Shown here one piece after another: positions 29,883 to 39,719 of a stretch of 64,000 nt of DNA. Position 1 is the first letter of the stretch. Every line of letters begins with the position of its first letter. Made by a program: the position numbers and the translations under genes. Below the pieces are notes generated by a model. It was not told the DNA's origin, searched no databases, and saw only the letters and a program-made list of their open reading frames with translations. The DNA is from an uncultured Actinomycetota bacterium (lineage in GTDB: Bacteria; Actinomycetota; Actinomycetes; Propionibacteriales; Nocardioidaceae), in contig CAVXBA010000001.1 in the NCBI GenBank assembly GCA_963759885.1, forward strand, positions 268,323 through 332,322. Direction: 5' to 3'.

Positions 29883-31302
29883 ATGGCCACTTCCCACCGG
29901 TACTCACGACGGATCTTCCTGCAGCGAGCAGGCCTGGCCGCGATGGCAGTGGCAGGTGGTTCCGCCCTCAGCGCCTGCGCCAGCAGCGGAGGCGGCTCGG
30001 ACGAGGTCAGCGGGGGTGGCGCGGACAAGACCGCGGACAACCCGTTCGGCGTGAAGGCGACCGACCCGCTCGCTGTGGTCATCTTCAACGGCGGCTACGG
30101 CGACGAGTACGCCACCTATGACGAGGGCCTCTACAAGGACCACTTCTCAGGCGCCACGATCAAGCACACCGCGATCACCGACATCCGGCAGCAGATGCAG
30201 CCACTGTTCAACGCGGGCAACCCGCCGGACGTGCTGGACAACTCCGGTGCGGAGAAGATGCCGATCTCGACCCTGGCCGACACCGGTCAGCTCACCGATC
30301 TGACCGACCTGTTCGAGGGCGACGCCATGGGCGAGTCCGGCACCAAGGTCAAGGACACCCTCAACCCGGTGGCGATCGAGGCCGCTCAGTACGCCGGCAA
30401 GCCGATGGTGCTCAACTATGCGCTCCAGGTCTACGGCCTGTGGTACGACCGGGCGCTCTTCGACGAGAAGGGCTGGGAGCCGGCGCAGACCTGGGACGAC
30501 TTCATGTCGCTGTGCGACGAGATCAAGGGCGCAGGGATGGCCCCGATGGCCTACCAGGGCAAGTACCCCTACTACATCCAGCAGGTTCTGATGGACCTCG
30601 CCGTCAAGCACGGCGGACCCGACGTCGTGTACGCGATCGACTCCCTCGAACCGGACGCCTGGAAGCAGGAGTCGGTCACGCTGGCCGCGGAAGCGTTGCT
30701 CGAGCTGAACTCCAAGGGCTACATGCTGCAGGGCACGGAGGGACTCGACCACATCCAGTCGCAGACCCGCTGGAACGAGCACAAGGCCGCGTTCATCCCG
30801 TGCGGATCGTGGCTGGAGAACGAGCAGAAGAAGGTCGCCCCGGCCGGCTTCAAGACGACCGTGGCGCCGACGCCGTTGCTGTCGGGTGCGGCGCTGCCGT
30901 TCGACTGCACCCGCGTCGAGGCGGCGGAGGCGTTCGTCGTGCCGTCCAAGGCCGCCAACCAGGCCGGAGGAATGGAGTTCCTGACGGACCATGCTGTCCA
31001 AGGACGCGGCTGCGCAGTTCACCACGCTGACGGCCGCACCGACGGTGGTCGACGGAGCAACCGAAGGCCTCGACCTCACGCCGGGCGCCCAGTCCGCGGT
31101 CGACCTGATCGACTCCGGCGGTGACGACAACTGGAACTACTACTACTCGATCTGGTACTCCCCGATGGATCCGAAGATCCAGTCGGCCGTCGGTGAGCTG
31201 GCCGCCGCCCGGATCTCGGCCGACGAGTTCACCAGCCGGTGCCAGAAGGCGGCCGACGAGACCGCGAAGGACCCGGCGACGCAGAAGCGCACCCGAAGCT
31301 GA
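29883..31302 (+). pseudogene. CUT1-family sugar ABC transporter substrate-binding lipoprotein (possibly NgcE-like), +1 insertion near 30980-30985
   Basis: ATG 29883 gives MATSHRYSRRIFLQRAGLAAMAVAGGSALSAC, a Tat motif plus lipobox. ..ANQAGGMEFL joins RTMLSKDAAAQFT.. (track ORF 30991..31302) if one A is removed. Confidence 0.8.
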
Positions 31303-31349
31303 CCCGGCGTCCACCAGGACCACCGACCCTCGACAGGACGTGATCCTTC

Positions 31350-32258
31350 GTGCAGCACCGCAAGTACCCGTTCGTGGTGGGCTTCCTGATCCTGCCGCTC
31401 GCGGTGTACGCCGTCTTCGTGATCTCGCCGTTCGTCCAGGCGTTCCACTACTCGCTGACCGACTGGACCGGCGTGTCACCGGACTTCCACTACGTCGGGC
31501 TTGCGAACTTCCGGCAGCTGCTGGATGACTCGGTCTTCCAGCGCGCGATCCGCAACAACCTCGTGCTGCTGGTCGGTCTGCCGGTGCTCACCGTGCTGCT
31601 GGCTCTGGTCTTCGCCTTCCTGCTCAACGTCGGCGGCCGGTCTCGCGCAGGCGTGAGCGGGGTCCGCGGCAGCGGCTTCTACAAGCTGGCGTTCTTCCTG
31701 CCTCAGGTGCTGGCCGTGCCGGTGATCGCCGTGATCTGGTCGGTGATCCTGGACTCGACGCCGAGCGGTCTGGCCAACTCGGCCCTGGGCCGGGTCGGGC
31801 TCGGGCCGTCCGGGTGGCTGGCCGACCCGCGGCTCGCGCTGTGGTGCGTGCTGTGGGTGATGGTCTGGGGCAGCGTCGGCTTCTACCTCGTGCTGTTCAA
31901 CGCGGCGATGTCCTCGATCCCGCGCGACATCTTCGAGGCAGCCCTCCTCGACGGGGCCAGCCGGGTCTCCACGTTCGCCCGGGTCACACTGCCGCTGCTG
32001 TGGGACACGATCCAGACGTCGTGGGTCTACCTCGCCGTGCTTGCGCTCGACGCGTACGCGCTGGTCGCGGTGATGACGGCCGGGCCTGGTGGACCGGACA
32101 ACTCCACCCAGGTGATCTCCCTGCAGATCGCCCAGAACGGCTTCGAGTTCGGCAAGGCGGGGTACGCCTCGGCGATGGGGGTCGTGCTGTTCTTCTTCAC
32201 GCTGGTGATTGCGGTCGTCATGCTCCGCCTGACCCGCCGCGAACGGATCGAGTACTGA
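31350..32258 (+). CDS. Carbohydrate ABC transporter permease (MalF/UgpA type)
   Basis: Track ORF, 302 aa, 6 TM segments, with the EAA-like loop IFEAALLDGASRVSTFARVTLPLL. Confidence 0.88.
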   Translation: MQHRKYPFVVGFLILPLAVYAVFVISPFVQAFHYSLTDWTGVSPDFHYVGLANFRQLLDDSVFQRAIRNNLVLLVGLPVLTVLLALVFAFLLNVGGRSRAGVSGVRGSGFYKLAFFLPQVLAVPVIAVIWSVILDSTPSGLANSALGRVGLGPSGWLADPRLALWCVLWVMVWGSVGFYLVLFNAAMSSIPRDIFEAALLDGASRVSTFARVTLPLLWDTIQTSWVYLAVLALDAYALVAVMTAGPGGPDNSTQVISLQIAQNGFEFGKAGYASAMGVVLFFFTLVIAVVMLRLTRRERIEY

Positions 32259-33107
32259 GTGGCCGGCTCGATGAGGGTTCCGACCCGACGCCGCGACGTC
32301 GGCGTCAACGTGCTCTCCCACGTGGTGCTGATCGGCTGGTCCGTGCTGGTCCTGGTGCCGTTCGTCTGGGCCCTGGTCGCCTCGACCAAGACGTCGCGCG
32401 AGATCTTCGGCAGCCCCTGGTCGCTGCCGGACTCACCCCAGTGGGACAACTTCGCCGGCGCCTGGGACGCAGGCGTCGGGGACTACCTCGTCAACAGCCT
32501 GGTGGTGGTGACCGGCGGAGTCGCGCTGACGATGCTGCTCGGCTCGATGGCGGCGTACGTCCTCGCGCGGTACGACTTCTGGGGCAACCGGTTCGTCTAC
32601 TACCTGTTCGCCGCCGGGATGATGTTCCCGGTCTTCCTGGCGATCGTGCCGCTGTTCTTCGTGGTGCAGAACCTCGGGATGCTGTCGACGTACCACGGGC
32701 TGATCCTGGTGTACGTCGCATACTCGCTGCCGTTCACCGTCTTCTTCATGCACGCGTTCTTCCGTACCCTGCCGACCGAGGTGGCCGAGGCCGCGTTCAT
32801 CGACGGCGCGTCGCACACCCAGGTGTTCTTCCGGGTGATGTTGCCGATGGCGCGCCCCGGCTTGCTGAGCATCGGCATCTTCAACGTGCTCGGGCAGTGG
32901 AACCAGTTCGTGCTCCCGGCCTTCCTGTCCCCGGAGAAACCGGTGCTCGCCCAGGGCATCGCGACCCTGCTGGCGACGGAGCGGTATCGCGGCGACTGGG
33001 GCGTGCTGTTCGCCGCCTTGGCGGTGGCGATGGTCCCGATCGTCGTCGTCTACCTGGTGTTCTACCGCCAGGTCCAGGCCGGGCTCACGAGCGGGACCCT
33101 GAAGTAA
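32259..33107 (+). CDS. Carbohydrate ABC transporter permease (MalG/UgpE type)
   Basis: Track ORF, 282 aa, with the EAA loop VAEAAFIDGASHTQVFFRVMLPMARPG. Confidence 0.88.
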   Translation: MAGSMRVPTRRRDVGVNVLSHVVLIGWSVLVLVPFVWALVASTKTSREIFGSPWSLPDSPQWDNFAGAWDAGVGDYLVNSLVVVTGGVALTMLLGSMAAYVLARYDFWGNRFVYYLFAAGMMFPVFLAIVPLFFVVQNLGMLSTYHGLILVYVAYSLPFTVFFMHAFFRTLPTEVAEAAFIDGASHTQVFFRVMLPMARPGLLSIGIFNVLGQWNQFVLPAFLSPEKPVLAQGIATLLATERYRGDWGVLFAALAVAMVPIVVVYLVFYRQVQAGLTSGTLK

Positions 33108-33135
33108 GCTGCTCTCTCCTCCCGGGACCTCCCTG

Positions 33136-33781
33136 TCACCGCGCCGCGTAGGCGAGTTCGAGGGTGTCGGTGTGTCCGCTCCACTGCAGCGTCAGGTGCC
33201 AACAGCCGGGTTCGGGCAGGTCGATGATCGACGGGCCGGGACCTCCGTGGACCCTGCGCGTCACCGTTGTGGAGCCGTCCGCGAGACGTGCCGTGATGAG
33301 CAGGTCCGGCGAGGCCGGGTCAGCCGTCGCGTCGCCCGCGACCGGCGGGCTCGGTACCCACAGGATCTTGTTGGTGTGATCCGCGGCCGGCGGCGCCGTG
33401 AGCGGCTGCGCAAAGAGGATCGCGATGATGAAACCCCGATCACCCGAAACATACGCGACGCGCGGCCTCGGCTCGCCGAAGCCCGCACGAGCCCAGGTCG
33501 GCAGCACCTGGGCGGGCACGTTCGCGACGCAGGCCGGCCGCACGTCGGGTGTCGTGGAGTTCGATGCAGGCGGTACCGCATCGGGCTGCCGACCAGTCGT
33601 CAGCGAGATTCCGGCGATGACAAGCGGCAGCAGTCGCTGTGACACCCCCGGCCACGACGAAACGACGTCTCCTTCGCCTGTGATCGCCGGCCTCGGCCAA
33701 CCTGTCGGCCGGGGCGATCGCGATGTCGAGCTCGTCGGCCGCGGTTCGCAGCAACGCCGCGATGTCGTCGTCGCGGATCAT
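33136..33781 (-). pseudogene. Anti-sigma-like single-pass membrane protein downstream of the ECF sigma factor; probable +1 insertion near 33640-33660
   Basis: ATG 33781 overlaps the sigma-factor stop (ATGA). MIRDDDIAALLRTAADELDIAIAPADRLAEAGDHRRRRRRFVVAGG is coding-like, after which coding quality moves to the next frame: SQRLLPLVIAGISLTTG (TM segment) plus an extracytoplasmic domain (track ORF 33136..33645). Confidence 0.6.
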
Positions 33782-34329
33782 CGGTCCTCCTTGTGGGGCA
33801 TCGAGTCCTGCTGGCCGGGCTGCCGGGCGATGGGCAGGAGCCCGGTGAGCGACCCGTCCTCCGACAGCGCAGCGATCGCCCGAGATGCTCGGCTCTTGAC
33901 CGTTCCGGGCGCGATCCCGAGCACGTCGGCGATCTGGGACTCGGTCAGGTCCGCGAAGTAGCGCAGGACCAGCACCTGACGCTGCTCACGGCCGAGCCGT
34001 GCGAGCGCCGCCCGAACCGTCTGCCCCACCGAGACGTCGTTGGCGAGATCGCCTTCGCCGTCGGGCTCCGGCACCTGCTGGTACGGCGTCTCTCCACGCC
34101 ATCGGCGGCGACGGCCTCGCGAGATTCCGTTGATCAGCATCCGGTAGACGTACGCGTCCGGGTCGTTGGCGGCGGCGACGCGGGACCAGGAGGTGTAGCA
34201 CCTGATCAGGGTGTCCTGGGCCGCGTCCTCGGCGTCGTGGCGGCTGCAGCCGAACAGCACCGCCGCCCGCACCAGGGTGCGATAGCGCGCGACGACGAAA
34301 CCCTCGTACTCGCGATCGCCTGGTTTCAC
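33778..34329 (-). CDS. ECF-type RNA polymerase sigma-70 family factor
   Basis: Track ORF, 183 aa. Region 2: DAEDAAQDTLIRCYTSW. Region 4: QRQVLVLRYFADLTESQIADVLGIAPGTVKSRASRA. Confidence 0.9.
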   Translation of the reverse strand: MKPGDREYEGFVVARYRTLVRAAVLFGCSRHDAEDAAQDTLIRCYTSWSRVAAANDPDAYVYRMLINGISRGRRRRWRGETPYQQVPEPDGEGDLANDVSVGQTVRAALARLGREQRQVLVLRYFADLTESQIADVLGIAPGTVKSRASRAIAALSEDGSLTGLLPIARQPGQQDSMPHKEDR

Positions 34330-34416
34330 GCGTCGTCCTCAGCCGGCAGGGATCTGCACTCTCATGGACAAGAGCACCTGGCCCAGCTCAACGGTTCCAC
34401 GATCGAGGGTCGAGCG

Positions 34417-35412
34417 TCAGGCGAGGCGGACGCGGGGGTCGATGAAGCTGTAGGTGATGTCCACCAGCAGGTTGGCCACCACGACCAGCACCGCTGAGAC
34501 CAGGACCGTCGCCGAGATGATCGGGAAGTCGACGGGCGACAGCGCGCCGATCGACCACTTGCCCACGCCGTCGAGACCGAAGATGTACTCCGTGAAGATC
34601 GTCCCGGAGAGCAGCCCGGCGAAGTCGAGGCCGAAGATCGTGACGATGGGCACGATGGCCGCGCGCAACGCGTGACGGAAGATGACCCGTCGCGTCGAGA
34701 TGCCCTTGGCCATCGCGGTGCGGATGTAGTCCTCACCCAGCACCTCGGCCATCGACCCGCGGGTGAACCGGGCGTAGTCGGTCGAGAAGGTCACGCCCAT
34801 CACCAGCCAGGGCAGCAACAGGGTCCCGAACCACGCCGCGGGGTTGTCGGTGATCCCGCGATACTCGCCACCATCGGGGAAGAAGCCCCAGCTGTTGACG
34901 AGATAGATCCACGCCACCAGGCAGACGACGTAGTAAGGGATCGAGCTCACCAACAGGCTCCCCGCCACCAAGGACTTGTCCGACACCGAGCCGAGCCACC
35001 GTGCCGCCATCGAGCCCATCAGGATGCCCACGGTCAGGAAGATGATCGACGCCCCGATGGCCAACGACAAGGTGAGCGGGTAGCGCGACACCATCTCCTT
35101 GCGGACCTCCTGGCGCGAGGTGTAGGAGATGCCCAAGCAGGGCGCGTCGCAGTTGTAGGTGGGCCCCATCGTGATCTCGCGATCGACGAAGAGCCCCTTG
35201 ACGAAGGCGCCGTACTGCGACACCACGCTCTGGTCCAGTCCGAGCTCGTGCTCGATGAGCTGCTGACGGGCCTGCGTGCAGCGGCCGTTCGCGTTGCAGA
35301 TCGCATCGGCCGGGTTGCTGGGACCGAGGAAGAAGAGGGCGAAGACGAACATCGACGTCAGCACGATGACGATGAAGGACGCGACAAGGCGCCGGACGAT
35401 GTACCCGAACAT
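34417..35412 (-). CDS. Peptide/nickel (Dpp/Opp-type) ABC transporter permease, orphan
   Basis: Track ORF, 331 aa. DppB/OppB pattern: MFGYIVRRLVASFIVIVLTSMFVFALFFL..., and EDYIRTAMAKGISTRRVIFRHALRAAIVPIVT. No partner genes are adjacent. Confidence 0.85.
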   Translation of the reverse strand: MFGYIVRRLVASFIVIVLTSMFVFALFFLGPSNPADAICNANGRCTQARQQLIEHELGLDQSVVSQYGAFVKGLFVDREITMGPTYNCDAPCLGISYTSRQEVRKEMVSRYPLTLSLAIGASIIFLTVGILMGSMAARWLGSVSDKSLVAGSLLVSSIPYYVVCLVAWIYLVNSWGFFPDGGEYRGITDNPAAWFGTLLLPWLVMGVTFSTDYARFTRGSMAEVLGEDYIRTAMAKGISTRRVIFRHALRAAIVPIVTIFGLDFAGLLSGTIFTEYIFGLDGVGKWSIGALSPVDFPIISATVLVSAVLVVVANLLVDITYSFIDPRVRLA

Positions 35413-35594
35413 GGCGAGGCGGACTTCCTAGGCGGGCGCACCTCGGGAGGCGTGCCGATGACGGTCGCTGACACAGTACTGAGGCCGCCAAGGCAATTCG
35501 TAGCAGCGGCCCATCAGGTCGATATCGAACTGATCACGACGCCTAGCCCGCCGGACACGTCTCACCGGGCCGGACGCGATCAGCCCACCGCGGG

Positions 35595-38500
35595 TCAGTC
35601 GTCGAAGAGGGCGCGCACGTCGTCGGCGTCGATCGGCGTACCGGCCGCTCCGTCACCGTCGATCACCTGGGCGAACAGCGCGGCCTTGCGGGCCTTGAGC
35701 TCCATCACCTTCTCCTCGATGGTGCCGGTCGAGACGAGCCGGTAGACCATCACCGGCCGGGTCTGACCGATCCGGTGCGCGCGGTCCACGGCCTGCGCCT
35801 CGACGGCGGGATTCCACCACGGGTCGAGCACGAACACGTAGTCCGCCTCGGTCAAGGTCAGGCCCACTCCCCCGGCCTTGAGGCTGATCAGGAACACGGC
35901 GGCGTCACCCTGCTTGAACGAGTCGATCACCTCACCACGACGTCGGGTGCGGCCGTCGAGGTAGATCGACTCGATGCCCTCGCGGTCGAGCCGGTCACGC
36001 ACCCGCGCCAGGAACGACGTGAACTGGCTGAACACCAGCGCCCGGTGTCCCTCGGCCACGACCTCTGCCAGGTGGTCGACGAGGACGTCGGTCTTCGCCG
36101 AGCCGGCGCTCTCGTGAACCTCGTCGATCAGCGCCGCGTCGAGGCTGAGCTGCCGCAGCTTGGTGAGCGAACGGAAGATGGCGATCCGGTGCTTGTCGAA
36201 GTCCTCCTCGACCAGCCCGAGCACCGTCTGTCGCTCCCGCTGCAGGTGGGTGTCGTAGATCCGGCGGTGCCGCGGGGTCAGCTCGACCTCGAGGACCTGC
36301 TCCTGCTTCGGCGGCAGGTCGGCCGCGACCAGGTCCTTGGTACGCCGCAGCAGGAACGGCCGGACCCGGCGCCGGAACCGCTCGAGCGCCTCCGCGTCCC
36401 CCTCCTTCTCGACCGGGTCGGCGACCAGCTCCTTGAACTGCGCCGGGTGCGGGTAGAGGCCGGGTGCGACGATCGACAGCAACGACCACAGCTCCATCAG
36501 CCGGTTCTCCATCGGCGTGCCGGTCAGCGCAAGCCGGAACGGGGCCTCGATGCGACGCACGGACTGGTAGGTCTTCGCGCTGTGGTTCTTCACCGTCTGC
36601 GCCTCGTCCAGCACCAAGCCCTCCCACTCCTGGTCGGCGTACGCGTCGATCTCCAGCCGGAGCAGCGTGTACGAGGTGATGACCAGGTCCGCTCCCTCCG
36701 CCATCGAGGCGATCGACTCACGTCGCCGGGAGTCCGAGGCGGTCACGGTGCGGACCACCAGGCCGGGAGTGAACTGCGCTGCCTCGTGGGCCCAGGTCGA
36801 GACCACGCTCGTCGGGGCGACCACGAGGAACGGACCGGCGTCGTGCTCACGGGTGTGGGCGACCAGCGCGAGCGTCTCCAGCGTCTTGCCCAGCCCCATG
36901 TCGTCGGCGAGGATGCCGCCCAGCCGCGCCTGCCAGAGGAACGCCAGCCAGCGGAAGCCGTCGAGCTGGTAGTGCCGCAGCTCGGCCTTGACCCCGACCG
37001 GGTCGACCACCGGCAGCGCCTCGACGTCGCGCAGCGCCTGAGCGGCACGCACCCACTGGGCGGCCTGGGCGTCGACGATGCCGACCTCGTCGAGCTCCTG
37101 CCACAAGCCGAGGTCGTGGTGGCCGACCCGCACCCCGTCTCGCGGCTGCTCGTGCAGGGCGGCCGCGTCGTCGACGAGCTCGGCCAGATGGGCGAACTCG
37201 GGCCGGTCCACGGCGATGTGGTTGCCGCTGGGCATGATGACGCGCGGCAGGCCCAGGGTCAGGGCCTCGAGCAGCTTCGCGAGCGCGATGTACTGACCGT
37301 CGACGCTGATCGCCACCTCCAGGTCGAGCCAGTCGGGCTTGAGCGTGGGAGCAGCCTCGGAGGTCTCCCGCGAGGTGAAGTGAATGACGGGAGTGCCGGT
37401 CATCGCGCGGTAGGCCGGACGGACACCGACCTCGTCGATCTCGATCCGTCCGGTGTCGCGGTGCTCCTCCAGGGTGGGCAGCAGGTCCTCGGTGAAGCCG
37501 ATCGCCGCTTCGTTGGTGAACGTACGCCGTTCGAGCAGTCCTCGGTCGAGCCGGTGGCTGTCGCACAGCTGGAACACCTGATGGTCGGTGAGGTCGAGTG
37601 CGCTGACGATCTCGGATTCGAGGTCGGGACGTCGTACGCCACGCAGGCCACGCGTCTCGGCGTACCCGTAGATCCGGTCGGTGTCCCCGACCCGGTAGCG
37701 CCACGACCACGCCAGCGCCACCTCGTCGACGGCGACCCAGGTGATGGTCAGCGCCAGGCGGGGCTCCGGTGGTTTGGGGAGAACCACTGAACCGTCGGAG
37801 GAGACGACTGGCACGTGCCGCTGCAGCCGCGGGAGGTAGTCGGTGAGCAGGTCGTCTCGGGCATCGGCCGGGACGACCAGTGTGTCGTGCGCGGTGAGCA
37901 GCCGACGCAGCTGTGGGCCGGCCGGCCGGTCGAGCGGCGCCAGGGTGACGATGCCGTGCCCGTGGCGTTCGCCGGGCGACCACAACGCCACGCCGTGACC
38001 GGGATCGCCGAGCAGGTCGATGGACTCCGCGTCGTACCACTCCCCTTCGGCCGTCACGCCCAGCCTCAGCAGACCCGCCCGGCCTTCGGCTGCCTGGACG
38101 TCGAGCTGCAGGGTGAGGGGCTCGAGGAGCAGGTGCACGTCGTCGAGGCCAGGTCCGGGGAGCAAGGCGAGCCCGGCCCGTGCGGCGCGGTCGAGGGCAG
38201 CCCACAGCGATGACCCGAAGGTGGCGACCGTCAGGTGTGGCTCGCTGCCGTGGTAGTAGCCGAAACGGGCTGCCGCCTGATGGATGGCGGCCAGCTCGTT
38301 GAGGGCGGCGACCTGATCCGGATCGAGGCTGCGGTCGTTGCGCAGCGATGGGAGGTCCTGGAACGTGACCCCGGTCTTGACCCAGTTGCCCCGCGCGCTT
38401 CGCCGCAGAGGTCGCAGCTGCAGTGAGCCCCGGCTCGACGGATGGGCAGGCCGGCGCCAGGACCGCGGGTTGCCCAGCCGTCCCAGCTCGAGCTGGAGCG

Positions 38501-38957
38501 CCAGCGGCGTGGTCGTGGTTCCGGTCGCCGAGCGCTCGGCCTCGTCGTCGAGCTCGTCGAGCACGGAGCTGAGCTGGCGTTGCCACAGGATGCTGTCGCC
38601 GGAGCCGCTCACCGCGTGCTTGCGGTCCTGCTCGGCCCGGGCGGTCATGATCAGCGCCACGACGTGCTTGCAGTCGGCCTGCATCGGGCAGTCGCAACGG
38701 GTGGCGAACCACACGCCGTCACCGTCCAGCCCGGCGCTGACGTAGCCGTTGTAGGAGACACCGCGCGAGCCCAGCACCTGTCCGCGGATCCCGAGGTCGC
38801 CGTCGCTGTCGACTGCGTGGGTACAGGCCAGGACGTGCCCGTCGCGGAGGTAGCCCGCGGCACGTTCGTACGTCGGTGTGCCGAACCTGCGACGCAGGTC
38901 GTCCTCGCTCAGCAACACCGTCAGATCCATGGCACCCCCGACCCTATGTCCGTTCAA
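35595..38957 (-). CDS. SNF2-family helicase with N-terminal SWIM zinc finger (HelZ-like)
   Basis: Track ORF, 1120 aa; ATG 38930 (MDLTVLL) is an alternative start. SWIM: CDCPMQADCKHVVALIM. SNF2 motifs: ILADDMGLGKTLE, LVLDEAQTVKN, LTGTPMENRL, LVFSQFTSFL and GGVGLTLTEADYVFVLDPWWNPAVEAQAVDRAHRIGQ. Confidence 0.93.
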   Translation of the reverse strand: MNGHRVGGAMDLTVLLSEDDLRRRFGTPTYERAAGYLRDGHVLACTHAVDSDGDLGIRGQVLGSRGVSYNGYVSAGLDGDGVWFATRCDCPMQADCKHVVALIMTARAEQDRKHAVSGSGDSILWQRQLSSVLDELDDEAERSATGTTTTPLALQLELGRLGNPRSWRRPAHPSSRGSLQLRPLRRSARGNWVKTGVTFQDLPSLRNDRSLDPDQVAALNELAAIHQAAARFGYYHGSEPHLTVATFGSSLWAALDRAARAGLALLPGPGLDDVHLLLEPLTLQLDVQAAEGRAGLLRLGVTAEGEWYDAESIDLLGDPGHGVALWSPGERHGHGIVTLAPLDRPAGPQLRRLLTAHDTLVVPADARDDLLTDYLPRLQRHVPVVSSDGSVVLPKPPEPRLALTITWVAVDEVALAWSWRYRVGDTDRIYGYAETRGLRGVRRPDLESEIVSALDLTDHQVFQLCDSHRLDRGLLERRTFTNEAAIGFTEDLLPTLEEHRDTGRIEIDEVGVRPAYRAMTGTPVIHFTSRETSEAAPTLKPDWLDLEVAISVDGQYIALAKLLEALTLGLPRVIMPSGNHIAVDRPEFAHLAELVDDAAALHEQPRDGVRVGHHDLGLWQELDEVGIVDAQAAQWVRAAQALRDVEALPVVDPVGVKAELRHYQLDGFRWLAFLWQARLGGILADDMGLGKTLETLALVAHTREHDAGPFLVVAPTSVVSTWAHEAAQFTPGLVVRTVTASDSRRRESIASMAEGADLVITSYTLLRLEIDAYADQEWEGLVLDEAQTVKNHSAKTYQSVRRIEAPFRLALTGTPMENRLMELWSLLSIVAPGLYPHPAQFKELVADPVEKEGDAEALERFRRRVRPFLLRRTKDLVAADLPPKQEQVLEVELTPRHRRIYDTHLQRERQTVLGLVEEDFDKHRIAIFRSLTKLRQLSLDAALIDEVHESAGSAKTDVLVDHLAEVVAEGHRALVFSQFTSFLARVRDRLDREGIESIYLDGRTRRRGEVIDSFKQGDAAVFLISLKAGGVGLTLTEADYVFVLDPWWNPAVEAQAVDRAHRIGQTRPVMVYRLVSTGTIEEKVMELKARKAALFAQVIDGDGAAGTPIDADDVRALFDD

Positions 38958-39069
38958 CCGTCAGTTGTGGTTCCTTCTCCGGCCCTTGTGGTTGTCGTAT
39001 CGGCGTCTCTAACGGAATTGGCCTGTGGACAACGCACGTCCGGCGGTATGCCGGTATCAGGCTTGAGCC

Positions 39070-39513
39070 ATGACACCAGACGGACCACGCTCCCAGGCGC
39101 TGCCGCCGATCCACACCCAGGCCGACCTGACCAACGTCTGGTCGACGCTGATGGGCGAGCTCGGCTTCGGGTCACGATCGTTGTGGGTGATGTTCATCGG
39201 TAAGGACGACACGGTCCACCCGGCCCTGATGCAGGTCGAGCAGCTCGACGATCGGCCCGATGACCTGTTCGCCGCCAACCTGGTCCAGATCTGCAGCCAC
39301 TTCGTCGACGACGACCCGGCGCGCGGACGGGTCGCCCTGCTGCTGTCCCGGCCGGGACGGGCGACGTTGACGGGGAGCGACCGGGCCTGGGCCTCGATGC
39401 TGTACCGTGCCGTGCGGCTCGGCGGAATCGCCGCCGAACCGCTTCACCTGGCCAACGACGAGGAGCTCCGCCTGCTCGCCGTGGACGACACCGACCTCGG
39501 CGAGTCCGCATGA
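39070..39513 (+). CDS. Hypothetical protein
   Basis: Track ORF, 147 aa, with G/C-rich third positions. I recognise no motif. Confidence 0.55.
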   Translation: MTPDGPRSQALPPIHTQADLTNVWSTLMGELGFGSRSLWVMFIGKDDTVHPALMQVEQLDDRPDDLFAANLVQICSHFVDDDPARGRVALLLSRPGRATLTGSDRAWASMLYRAVRLGGIAAEPLHLANDEELRLLAVDDTDLGESA

Positions 39514-39719
39514 GCCAGAACACCCCCGACCCCCGACAACGCGCGAAAGTGCACCGCGACACGCCGTCGAAGACCTGCACCTTCCCGCACCGCGCAGGGC
39601 AGCGTGAGGCGTGACACGTATCAGTAACAGACCTGCAACGTCCTCGTTGGAGAGGCAACCATGGCGCCCACCCCGTCGTCATACAGGCAAAGACTCAGCA
39701 CGACACCTGGAGGTACCCG

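Noticed and set aside
35775-37790. 671-aa plus-strand ORF.
   Set aside because: It is antisense to the SNF2 helicase, which carries all the canonical motifs. This is a typical high-GC shadow ORF.
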